Notes under the pieces: generated by a model
The model's input: only the letters and a program-made list of their open reading frames with translations
The model's database searches: none
Told to the model about the DNA's origin: nothing
Part shown: positions 30,484 through 44,399 of the stretch, in pieces
Position numbering within the stretch: the first letter of the stretch is position 1
How the letters are laid out: each line of letters begins with the position of its first letter
NCBI GenBank assembly: GCA_048938895.1
Contig: JBHLLU010000003.1
Span: 68,331 to 132,330 of the forward strand
DNA length: 64,000 nucleotides
Direction: 5' to 3'
From: Promethearchaeota archaeon
GTDB lineage: Archaea > Asgardarchaeota > Lokiarchaeia > Sigyniarchaeales > SOKP01
Translations under genes and position numbers: made by a program

Positions 30484-31449
30484 ATAGAAGATTCACTATT
30501 ATTCTTTCATGAAGAAAAGGATTCCGAAAAGAAGCTTTTTAAGATTCTATTCACAGGTTTGGATCAAGCAGGAAAAACTAGCATTATTTTAGCTTTGCAT
30601 AGAGAATTCTCAAAAATAGCTGTAATTGAACCTACAAGAGGTGCTCAAAGAACAACTTTTAAATTTTTAGGAAGAGAAATTTCTGAATGGGATTTAGGAG
30701 GTCAAAAGAGTTATTTAATTTCATATCTAAAAAACCCTAGTAAATTTTTTGCCGATACAGAAATTGCAATTTATGTTATTGATGTATTAGATTCTTCTCG
30801 TATAAATGAATCTTTAAGCTATTTATTTGATGTTATTGAGAAATTTAAAGAGCTGAGAATTGAACCACCATTAAATATTTTCTTCCATAAATGCGATCCT
30901 AAATTAATTCATAGGGTAGAAAACGAAATCGAAGCACAAATCGAAGAATTAAAGAAGAAAATAAATGAAACAGCTAAATATAAGAATATTAACTTTTTCT
31001 GCACTTCAATATACGATCCATTTACAATAATGAGTTCTATGTCTCAAATATTATTGGAGCTCTATCCAAAATCAGAACTAATTCAAAAAACTATCGAAGA
31101 ATATGCAAGAAAGTTAGACTGCGAAGGATTAATTATAATTGATAAAAATTCGATTATATTGGGTTCCTGTTTCAAGGATGATGAGTCTAAAAAGCTTTTA
31201 AGCAGCACAATTGGTTATTTCCTAAGCATTAATGATGTATTTGAGGATTTGGAGTTAGATCAACAAGAGGATCAAATTGTTGTTCGAAAATCCGGAAGAT
31301 ATTTCTTATTCAAGCCGATTCTTTTCAAAGATTCTGATTTACCGTATTATATGCTTTTACTGAAAAGGCATAATCCATTTGATATATATTTTATAAATAA
31401 GGATTTTAGTATTTTCGTAAATCTTTTTGAGGATATTGTTAAAAATTAA
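30484..31449 (+). CDS. Rag/Arf-like GTPase with C-terminal roadblock-like domain; start uncertain (ATA proposed)
   Basis: KILFTGLDQAGKT, PT, WDLGGQ, HKCD, CTSI. The track start (TTG 30559) lies inside the P-loop, and the frame is open back to TAG 30430-30432. Confidence 0.8.
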   Translation: MEDSLLFFHEEKDSEKKLFKILFTGLDQAGKTSIILALHREFSKIAVIEPTRGAQRTTFKFLGREISEWDLGGQKSYLISYLKNPSKFFADTEIAIYVIDVLDSSRINESLSYLFDVIEKFKELRIEPPLNIFFHKCDPKLIHRVENEIEAQIEELKKKINETAKYKNINFFCTSIYDPFTIMSSMSQILLELYPKSELIQKTIEEYARKLDCEGLIIIDKNSIILGSCFKDDESKKLLSSTIGYFLSINDVFEDLELDQQEDQIVVRKSGRYFLFKPILFKDSDLPYYMLLLKRHNPFDIYFINKDFSIFVNLFEDIVKN

Positions 31450-31576
31450 TATATCCTTCTTTTTCTTAAATTTATCACTCCTTATAGGTCTAAATTATAA
31501 ATTAGAGCAAAATTAAATATAATTTAAATCTATATGTCATATACAATAAAACAAGCTCTAGTAATTGCTATCTAAA

Positions 31577-33031
31577 ATGAATTTAGAAAAGCTATTCAGA
31601 CCAAAATCTATTGCTGTAGTTGGCATAAGTAAGAAAAATCCTCTTAGCCCTGGACGAATAGTATTACTGAAAAATGAATTTGAAATGCAAGTTAAAGTTT
31701 ATGGAATTTATCCAAATGGAGGTGAAATTGAGGGAATTCAATTATATGAACGCTTGGATAAATTACCTGAAGTTCCTGATCTATTAGTCATTGCTGTTGG
31801 TCCTGATGACACTTTAGAATACATTCAAGAATGCAGTAATTTAGGAATTCCTTCAAGCGTTATAATCGGAGGAGGATTCGCTGAAATCGGTGGAAAAGGT
31901 AGAAAAAGACAAGAACAACTTCAAAAAATAGCTTTTGATAATGATATTGCTGTTCTTGGGCCTAATTGCCTTGGAGTTTACGCACCACCGATTGTTGACA
32001 CTATATTTTTGCCTACAGAGCGCATAACTAAACCTCCTAAAGGATCTGTTGCTTTAATAAGCCAAAGTGGAGGAGTTTTGGTGGATCAATTCTTTGTAAA
32101 GTTTAACGAAAGACATATCGGCGTATCCACTGCAGTTTCAATTGGTAACCGTGCGGTTGTGGACGAAGTTATGCTTTTAGAATATTTCAGCCGTGTGGAT
32201 CCTGAAACTACGAATATTGCTTTTTATTTAGAGGGTTTTAATGAAGGGAGAGCACGTGATTTCTTAGAACTAGCGAAAGTTTCTGAAGACACAGTTATTG
32301 TATATTTTGGTGGCAAAACAAGGGAGGGAAAGGTTGCAACACAATCACATACGGCGAGTTTGGCAGGTAATTATAGAATTATATACGATGCATTGCGGCA
32401 GCATTACATTATCCAACCCCACAGTGAACGGGAACTTCTGACTTGCTTAAAAGTTTTTGATGTATTGGCAAAGAAGAGGAACCCTTTCGGAAAAAATGTT
32501 ATCACCTATGGTGATGTGGTGATCGTATCTGTTTCAGGTGGCCATGCTGTTTTAGCTTCAGATATGTTAAAGATTTACGGATTAAATGCTATAAAGTTCT
32601 CTCAACAAGAAAAAAGAGATCTAAAGAGCCTTATGAATCCTGTCGCCGCTGAAATCGCTTCGTTTAACAATCCTATTGATTTAACCGGATCAGTATTAGA
32701 TACAGATATCGAAAACATAATTAGATATCTATCAAATATCGATAGAATTGAATGTATAATTCTGCTATTACTTCCCTATCCACCTAACATCTCTTTTCAA
32801 ATTGGGAGAAGAGTAGCAAATATTATTACATCGAAAAATAAACCTGTTGTTTGTTTCATACCATACGTGGCAAAATATTCAATTATAATTGAATCACTTG
32901 AGCTCGCAAACATTCCAGTATTTCACTCAATAAAAGAAACGGTGCAAGCTGTTTCTGCATTAAAACAGAGAACTAGAATGGATAATCTTAAACTGAGAAA
33001 CATATTCGGAACCGATAAAAAAATTAAGTAA
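31577..33031 (+). CDS. acdA: Acetate/acyl-CoA ligase (ADP-forming) alpha subunit
   Basis: PKSIAVVG, GGFAEIG, GPNCLG, SQSGG, SIGN, YLEG, SHTASL (phospho-His), NPIDLTG. Confidence 0.85.
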   Translation: MNLEKLFRPKSIAVVGISKKNPLSPGRIVLLKNEFEMQVKVYGIYPNGGEIEGIQLYERLDKLPEVPDLLVIAVGPDDTLEYIQECSNLGIPSSVIIGGGFAEIGGKGRKRQEQLQKIAFDNDIAVLGPNCLGVYAPPIVDTIFLPTERITKPPKGSVALISQSGGVLVDQFFVKFNERHIGVSTAVSIGNRAVVDEVMLLEYFSRVDPETTNIAFYLEGFNEGRARDFLELAKVSEDTVIVYFGGKTREGKVATQSHTASLAGNYRIIYDALRQHYIIQPHSERELLTCLKVFDVLAKKRNPFGKNVITYGDVVIVSVSGGHAVLASDMLKIYGLNAIKFSQQEKRDLKSLMNPVAAEIASFNNPIDLTGSVLDTDIENIIRYLSNIDRIECIILLLLPYPPNISFQIGRRVANIITSKNKPVVCFIPYVAKYSIIIESLELANIPVFHSIKETVQAVSALKQRTRMDNLKLRNIFGTDKKIK

Positions 33032-33839
33032 CATCAATTATGTTTTCAAGTTCATGAATTGATTTTTCTATAAATCTTTCCTCATCTATTAATAGTTCTA
33101 TTGCATTTTGGGGACAAACTGAAACACATCGACCACATCCTCTGCATTGATTACTAATGATAGCTTTATTATCTTTAATAGTAATCGCACTGACAAAACA
33201 AATATCATTTAAACAAGTACCACACCCAATACAGTTGTCATTTACACGAACAACCACTCCTGGCATCTTTTTTATCTTTGATCCTATTTTTGGTACCAAG
33301 ATCGAAGACACACGCCATAAACAACAACACGGGTCACAATTACATATGCTTAAAAGCTTATCCCCTGAACTAACACCTAACCATTGCGCATCTAATCGGT
33401 TCTTACCTATCATTTGAACTAATCCCGCTTCTCTACATTTTTTAAGGTGTTCTAATGCATCTTCTTTGCTTACTAGTCTCCCTAGTTGAGGATTAATATC
33501 AAGTACAGAATCTCCAAGAAAAAGGCAACCCAATTCCTGGGGATAATCTTGGCAATCCATACTTGATCTGCAAATACAAAAATCCATTATCCAATGATTT
33601 TTAGCTTTATTAATAAAATGTTCTAATACTTGAGAAGGCATTACGTATTCTCGATATTCTCCTAAAGATTTGTTCAGATTTATGACTCTATCTTGAGGGA
33701 GATAAATGATATCATCACCTCTAAAGAGAAGAAAATCAAAAAATGTTCCTAAGATAGGTAAATTTGTCAGTTTAGCTATAAACTTAACATTTGGAAAAGT
33801 TTTTTTCAATATTTTAACAAACCAAAGTGGTCGAGGCAT
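33024..33839 (-). CDS. 4Fe-4S binding protein
   Basis: CICR, CNCDPCCC, CIGCGTC, CRGCGRCVSVCP. Confidence 0.85.
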   Translation of the reverse strand: MPRPLWFVKILKKTFPNVKFIAKLTNLPILGTFFDFLLFRGDDIIYLPQDRVINLNKSLGEYREYVMPSQVLEHFINKAKNHWIMDFCICRSSMDCQDYPQELGCLFLGDSVLDINPQLGRLVSKEDALEHLKKCREAGLVQMIGKNRLDAQWLGVSSGDKLLSICNCDPCCCLWRVSSILVPKIGSKIKKMPGVVVRVNDNCIGCGTCLNDICFVSAITIKDNKAIISNQCRGCGRCVSVCPQNAIELLIDEERFIEKSIHELENIIDVT

Positions 33840-33904
33840 CGAAACTTCAAACTTATCTAAATTATTATATTAATAAAATCTAAAATAAGAATATTACTTA
33901 ATAA

Positions 33905-38618
<4,714 letters not shown>

Positions 38619-38702
38619 TTTGGTGTTTTATACATTTATAAATAAATAAAAACAATGTTTATTTAAAGTTTAAGAGAGATATATTAGAAAGCCTGATTAT
38701 CA

Positions 38703-39665
38703 ATGAAAATTGATATTGAATTACTAAAAGAATTTGAAAAAACGCTTGACACGCTACATCCAGAGAGAGGAAAAATACCAATAAAAATTCTTGGATTCGG
38801 TGAGATCAGCTTAGTATTCGAAATTCTTAATGATCCAGCCCATTTAGCATACAAGAGAATTCCTATTTTTGATAATGAGAACCAAGTTAAAAGGCATATC
38901 TGGGCGTATAAAGAATATTGCAGAATTTTAACTGAAGAAATTGGTTTAAACCTTCCTCAGCATGATGCGATTTGGTTTAAAAATGAAATGGATGAAATTA
39001 AATTCTATTGTGTGCAACAGAAGATTGATCCTGAAGCTGTGGGGAATAAAGTTATTCACCAAGTATCTGATGAGGAAATTGAAACATTAATTCTTCTAGC
39101 AATGAGAGAAATGAAAAAGGTTTGGACTCTTAATAAAGAGAACATAACATTAGATGTCGGTTTGGATGGACAAATTTCAAATTTTGTTGTGGTTGATTAT
39201 GACCACCATGTACCAAAAATTAGTGAAGCATCAAAATTATTATATTTAGATACTAGTACTCCCCTTTTTCGGAGAAATAATATAGAAGCCATGGAAGCAG
39301 AATTATTTTTAAAAAGTGCTCCTTCTTTCTTAAGATTTCTAATTAAAGCTTTGTTTTTAGAAGAAGTTGTAGATCGGTATTATGACTGGAGACTTGTAGC
39401 AATAGATTTAATTGCTAATTTTTTTAAAGAACAAAAACCTGAGATGATTCCAAGACTTATTAGGAGAGTTAACCAGTTTTTTAGAGAAGAAGCTAAGGAG
39501 TTTAATATAGAACGAATAACATTCGAAGAAGTGCATAAATATTATAAAAACGATAAAATGATCTGGGTAATATTTCAAAACGCTAGAAGACTTGATAGAT
39601 TTCTTAAATCTAAACTTTTTAAGAAGAAATATGATTTTTACCTTCCAGATAAAATAAAAAGGTAA
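38703..39665 (+). CDS. DUF6206-like protein, putative kinase-like fold (copy 1)
   Basis: LGFGEISLVF, AYKR, LDGQISNF, YLDT. Paralogue at 44400. Confidence 0.65.
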   Translation: MKIDIELLKEFEKTLDTLHPERGKIPIKILGFGEISLVFEILNDPAHLAYKRIPIFDNENQVKRHIWAYKEYCRILTEEIGLNLPQHDAIWFKNEMDEIKFYCVQQKIDPEAVGNKVIHQVSDEEIETLILLAMREMKKVWTLNKENITLDVGLDGQISNFVVVDYDHHVPKISEASKLLYLDTSTPLFRRNNIEAMEAELFLKSAPSFLRFLIKALFLEEVVDRYYDWRLVAIDLIANFFKEQKPEMIPRLIRRVNQFFREEAKEFNIERITFEEVHKYYKNDKMIWVIFQNARRLDRFLKSKLFKKKYDFYLPDKIKR

Positions 39666-39673
39666 GATTGACC

Positions 39674-39829
39674 TTATTTCTTATTTATTTCTTGAGTAGA
39701 AATCCACTTATCTTTACATTTTTCAGAACAAAAGACGTGAATAGTAGTAGGTTCCTTAATATCAAAATATTGAATTTTTGCTCCACCAATTATTTCTTTT
39801 CTACATAGTTGACATTTAATCACAGACAT
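39674..39829 (-). CDS. 51 aa TRASH/YHS-type metal-binding protein (not in the ORF track)
   Basis: MSVIKCQLCRKEII...HVFCSEKCKDKW, i.e. CxxC...FCSxxC. Confidence 0.75.
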   Translation of the reverse strand: MSVIKCQLCRKEIIGGAKIQYFDIKEPTTIHVFCSEKCKDKWISTQEINKK

Positions 39830-39942
39830 TTTCTACTACTATCATCGAATTTTAAATACAAAGTAGTTTTAGAATTAATAAACATTGAGAATCAGATAAT
39901 ATTATATACACTCTCAAAAACAAATTTTTTCGTCTCCAAAGT

Positions 39943-41082
39943 ATGAGTGATATTTATAGAGCAAAAGTTTATTTTACTTCAAATGTGTTCTCCGAAAAGG
40001 AAATTGGATCTAATAAGAAAATCTCCAAAGAAATTCGTAAAACAATAAAAGAATTATGGGAGGAACTGACTAAAATATCAGAATTAAAAATTTTCGAAGG
40101 TAGATTCCCTACAGAGGATCAAATACAACATGACATTGAAATTTTCAATCCTGATATTCTTGGTTGTCATTTGAGTCATCAAATATCCTCTAAAATGTTA
40201 GAAAAATCACAGATTTTTGCTATTTCTACCTCAACAGTGGGATATAATCATATTCAAAGAACTAAAGAAGATAATATAATAATTACAAATACACCAGGAG
40301 TTCTTCATAAGACTGTAGCAGACTATACTATAGCACTAATAATGGCAAATTTAAGAAACTTAATTGATCTTCATAATTATATTTGGAATAATCAATGGGA
40401 TTCAACAAATAAGTGGGATTTAGATAACTCTCTCTCATCTGTAATCGATAATAAAATAATCGGAATCATAGGATTAGGAGAAATCGGTAAGGAATTAGTA
40501 CAAAGGTTATCTGGCTGGAACATTAAGATCCTATATTTTGATCTTAAACAGAAAACAGATTTTGAGAAAAAATTTCCTTTTCTCGAGTTTAAGACAGATA
40601 TTAAAGACATTTTTAGGGAATCAGATATTGTGAGTATTCATGTTCCATTAAACAAAAATACAAAAAACTTAGTTAGTCGAGACTTATTATCTGTTATGAA
40701 AACAGATGCTTTGCTTGTAAACACAGCCCGAGGAGGAATTCTGGATTTAAATTGCTTTTTGGATATGTTAGAACGTAAAGAAATTAACATCAATATAGCT
40801 CTTGATGTTTTCCCGACAGAGCCTTTAGACACTAAGACGCTAGATAGATTTAAAAGAATTAAAGAAAACCAACCTCATATCAGAATGATTCTTATTCCTC
40901 ATAATGCCTCTGCTGATGCCAATACTAGAGGCAATATGAATATTATATTCTTGAAAAATATAATAAATCTTATAAAATCAAATGCTATTGAGGATTTAAA
41001 AGAAATTGCTATAATTCCTGAACAGAAAAAACAATTAAAAGATAAAGAATGGAGAATTTCTAAATATTGGGAAAAAAAATGA
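39943..41082 (+). CDS. D-isomer-specific 2-hydroxyacid dehydrogenase
   Basis: VGYNHI, TNTPG, GLGEIG, SIHVPL, NTARG, LDVF, PH. Confidence 0.9.
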   Translation: MSDIYRAKVYFTSNVFSEKEIGSNKKISKEIRKTIKELWEELTKISELKIFEGRFPTEDQIQHDIEIFNPDILGCHLSHQISSKMLEKSQIFAISTSTVGYNHIQRTKEDNIIITNTPGVLHKTVADYTIALIMANLRNLIDLHNYIWNNQWDSTNKWDLDNSLSSVIDNKIIGIIGLGEIGKELVQRLSGWNIKILYFDLKQKTDFEKKFPFLEFKTDIKDIFRESDIVSIHVPLNKNTKNLVSRDLLSVMKTDALLVNTARGGILDLNCFLDMLERKEININIALDVFPTEPLDTKTLDRFKRIKENQPHIRMILIPHNASADANTRGNMNIIFLKNIINLIKSNAIEDLKEIAIIPEQKKQLKDKEWRISKYWEKK

Positions 41083-41651
41083 TTAGATCATTCATAGCTC
41101 TAGAATTAAATGATAAAGACACTATAGATAAAATTGAATCTTTCTCGACTCGATTAAAGCAAAACCAACCAAAATTGAAATTAGTAAAACCTGAAAACCT
41201 CCATATGACTGTTAAATTCCTTGGTAATATTCCAGAAACTTTAGCGCCTCAAATATTTACTATTTTAAGAGATGATATTAACTCTAAAATGTTGCAAGAA
41301 AAAACCTATAAATACATTCTTAAGGGTGTTGGACAATTCAATAAATTCTCTGTTTTGTGGATAAAATTAATTGGTGACATTAATTTACTGCAAGAAGTTA
41401 AAAATTCTATAGAGCGCCTCCTTCATGAAAGATTGAAAATCAATCGTGATAAAAGAGAACAATTTAAACCTCATTTAACTATTGGAAGGCTTAGAAGAGA
41501 AAGAATCAATTATAAAAACTTTGATATTTTCAAGAAATTAATAAATGAAAACAAAGATACAGAATTTGGGGAATTTTTAATTAATCAAGTTAAACTTAAA
41601 AAGTCAGAACTCACTCCTAAGGGGCCGATTTACGCAGATCTGGTATATTAA
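41079..41651 (+). CDS. thpR: RNA 2',3'-cyclic phosphodiesterase (2H family)
   Basis: RSFIAL, HMTVKFLG, PHLTIGR, SELTPKGPIY. ATGA overlap with the upstream gene. Confidence 0.9.
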   Translation: MIRSFIALELNDKDTIDKIESFSTRLKQNQPKLKLVKPENLHMTVKFLGNIPETLAPQIFTILRDDINSKMLQEKTYKYILKGVGQFNKFSVLWIKLIGDINLLQEVKNSIERLLHERLKINRDKREQFKPHLTIGRLRRERINYKNFDIFKKLINENKDTEFGEFLINQVKLKKSELTPKGPIYADLVY

Positions 41652-42350
41652 ATGGAACCAAGAAAATTTTTAAAGGCTATCATATGGGATCTAGATGGAA
41701 CACTCATTTATTTTAATATTAATTTCCTAAGAGCACGTCGAGACGCTATAAAAATTTTGAAAAAAGAACATGTCCCAAAACATTTACTTTCTGTAGAGTT
41801 TTCAATTTTGGATAACGTAGCAAAATCAAGAGAATATTTCAAGTCACAAGGTTTTTCTGAAGAGAGAGTATCACAAATTATTAAACAGGTTGATGAAACT
41901 ATCACTAAAGTTGAATTTGAGGCAGCTCAAAAGGCTCAAATGGTAGGGGGAATCGATCAGGTGTTAGAATATGCTAACTCAAAAAACCTTAAACAAGCGA
42001 TATTCACTTTTAATACTAGAAGAAACGCTGAAACTTCGCTTAAAAAGGTTAAATTACTTCATTATTTTGACTTAATTGTAGGACGAGACAGTGTAACTAA
42101 TCTAAAACCTCATCCAGAGCATATATTATATATCTGCAACCAACTGAGAATAGACCCTTCTGAAACACTAGTTATCGGAGATTCTAGTCGAGATATAGAA
42201 GCAGCTATTAATGTAGGGGCTTATTCCATCGCTCTGGATACAAAAAAACCTAATTTTTTTGGAGGAGAATTCATTAAAAAGGCTGATGTGATTATTGAAC
42301 TTAATGAAATCCCTTCAAAATTAATAGAAATAATTGAGAAACTTTTATAA
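41652..42350 (+). CDS. HAD-family hydrolase
   Basis: WDLDGTL, KPHP, IGDS..DI. Confidence 0.9.
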   Translation: MEPRKFLKAIIWDLDGTLIYFNINFLRARRDAIKILKKEHVPKHLLSVEFSILDNVAKSREYFKSQGFSEERVSQIIKQVDETITKVEFEAAQKAQMVGGIDQVLEYANSKNLKQAIFTFNTRRNAETSLKKVKLLHYFDLIVGRDSVTNLKPHPEHILYICNQLRIDPSETLVIGDSSRDIEAAINVGAYSIALDTKKPNFFGGEFIKKADVIIELNEIPSKLIEIIEKLL

Positions 42351-42430
42351 AGCAGAAAAGGAATAATTAAAATATTCATTAAAACTTTTGAAAAATATTA
42401 ATATTAAAACTACGGGTTTAAAACAAAATA

Positions 42431-42685
42431 ATGAAAGTAGAGTTTCTCTTGGACGTGCTTAAGCCACATCAGCCAGATTCCTATTTTGTAGCCCAACAAT
42501 TAATGCAAATTGAAGGGGTAAAAAAAGTAAGAGTTAAGGTGGATGAATTAGATCAAAAAACAGCTTCTTTACATATTAACATAGAAGGTACCAACTTATC
42601 ACTTGAAAGGATCGCTGATCAACTAGCAGGAATAAATTGTGCGCTTCATTCTGTAGACGAAGTAATATGTGAAGAACGGGATTAA
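42431..42685 (+). CDS. DUF211 family protein
   Basis: LDVLKPHQP...HSVDEV. Confidence 0.8.
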   Translation: MKVEFLLDVLKPHQPDSYFVAQQLMQIEGVKKVRVKVDELDQKTASLHINIEGTNLSLERIADQLAGINCALHSVDEVICEERD

Positions 42686-42792
42686 CTTATTTTTTACCTT
42701 TATTTTTTTTATATCTTTTTTTATGATTTACCAAAAAAATAAAAAGTAATTTATCTCATTTTTATCTAAAAAAGAGATATTTTTTTGACAAC

Positions 42793-43146
42793 ATGCAAGA
42801 TCCAAGTGTAGTTAAAATCCTTCAAAAACAAGGAGAAATCAATGATGAATTAGATTATGCTATAATGAATTATCTACTTCAAAATCGAGGTCCAGGATAT
42901 ACTGCTTGTCAGCCATCACTTGTAGAACTTGAGGATGGTAAACAGGCAATAAAAATGAATCTAGATCATACTTTTGTAGATAAAGATAATCAATTAATGG
43001 GTTTAGGTATTGTAGGTAAGATTTATATTGATCTCGATACACTTCAAGTGATTTATTGCACCCCCATTAAAGATTTAGAAACGAACAAACAAGTTTTACT
43101 TGATGCTGGTATAAAACCTGAAATACGTCCAAGAGGAAAATATTAA
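42793..43146 (+). CDS. Hypothetical protein
   Basis: 117 aa ORF with normal composition, co-oriented with neighbours. Confidence 0.7.
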   Translation: MQDPSVVKILQKQGEINDELDYAIMNYLLQNRGPGYTACQPSLVELEDGKQAIKMNLDHTFVDKDNQLMGLGIVGKIYIDLDTLQVIYCTPIKDLETNKQVLLDAGIKPEIRPRGKY

Positions 43147-43251
43147 TCTTTGCATATAGAGCTCTATCTAATTTTTCAAAATCGAATTTTATTTAAGAAT
43201 TTCAATAAAAAATTATATTAGTTATTTCATTCTTTAGTCTACTGAATAATA

Positions 43252-43800
43252 ATGTCTAATAAGGAAAACAAAATTAAAAGTTTAATACGGGAATATCTGC
43301 TAGAAGAGGGATTGTTACGAGGAAAGATTAGTAATCCAAAATTAGAGTTTGGATTTCAATTTATTTTCCCTCCCGGTAATGACCCTATGGGACGTCAAAT
43401 TGGTAGAAATATGGTAGTGATAAAACCTAACCAAAAGGATTTAATAGTTATATCACTTGGGACTCAAATTTCGAACCCTCACATTGATGCTTTAAATTCA
43501 TTAAAAGAAAATAAAAAATCACAATATTTTTGGGATCTTAGAAAATATCTTCTTGCTAAAGATTTATTCTATCGAATTGACATACAGAATTATCGATATG
43601 AAATTAGCGACCAAATATTTCTTAACCAAAATGGCACAGTTTCCAAAAATAAATTTTTCAAATCAATTAGGAGAGTTTTTGATGCTTCAGCTTATACTAA
43701 TATAATGTTAGGTGAATATTGTTTTGGAAAGCTAAAACCAGATGATTTCATGAGATCTAAAGATTTTTCAAATGGATCTGATTTTTCACTCTATTCATAA
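43252..43800 (+). CDS. Hypothetical protein, DUF2299-like
   Basis: IREYLLEEG...F.F...P; I..DQIF...VSKNKFFKSIRRV. Confidence 0.6.
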   Translation: MSNKENKIKSLIREYLLEEGLLRGKISNPKLEFGFQFIFPPGNDPMGRQIGRNMVVIKPNQKDLIVISLGTQISNPHIDALNSLKENKKSQYFWDLRKYLLAKDLFYRIDIQNYRYEISDQIFLNQNGTVSKNKFFKSIRRVFDASAYTNIMLGEYCFGKLKPDDFMRSKDFSNGSDFSLYS

Positions 43801-43829
43801 TATAAAATTTAGAAGGTAGGTGTATTCCT

Positions 43830-44348
43830 ATATTTAAGGATTGGTTACAAGCACTGGGAAAACTTGATTATGTACAAGGGAAGGCAAGACCAGATGTAGA
43901 CTGCATCCTATGTGCTGTAAGAGATAATGATGAACGTGTTGTAACGTTAAAAGTTTATGAAGATAAATTATGTTTTATTGTTTTGAATCTATATCCATAT
44001 AATCCTGCTCACTTAATGATTGTTACTCAAAGACATATAACAAAATTCATAGATTTAACAAAAAAGGAATTAATTCACGTGAATCGAGCGATCCAAGGCA
44101 TTCAATTAATGTTAAATGATTTATACAATCCTAAAGGATATAATATTGGTATTAATCAGGGAAGAAATGCGGGAGGTAGTATTGAACACCTACATTTTCA
44201 CTTGATTCCTAGATATGGGACTGAACTTGGATTTATTGATATCGTTGGTAAAACACGTGTACTACCTGAAGGTTTAGAAGCAGTAAAGAAGAAATTAGAT
44301 GAGAATATTCATAAATACTTGAATAAAGAGTTTTTCGAAAATTTCTAA
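43830..44348 (+). CDS. HIT family hydrolase; start uncertain (ATA proposed)
   Basis: HLHFH triad, NLYPYNPAH, GYNIGINQG. The in-frame upstream CILC Zn motif shows the track start at 43983 is too late. Confidence 0.85.
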   Translation: MFKDWLQALGKLDYVQGKARPDVDCILCAVRDNDERVVTLKVYEDKLCFIVLNLYPYNPAHLMIVTQRHITKFIDLTKKELIHVNRAIQGIQLMLNDLYNPKGYNIGINQGRNAGGSIEHLHFHLIPRYGTELGFIDIVGKTRVLPEGLEAVKKKLDENIHKYLNKEFFENF

Positions 44349-44399
44349 ATTAATACCTTGATAATTTAATTTTAAAGCATTTATATAAAACTATCCTTA

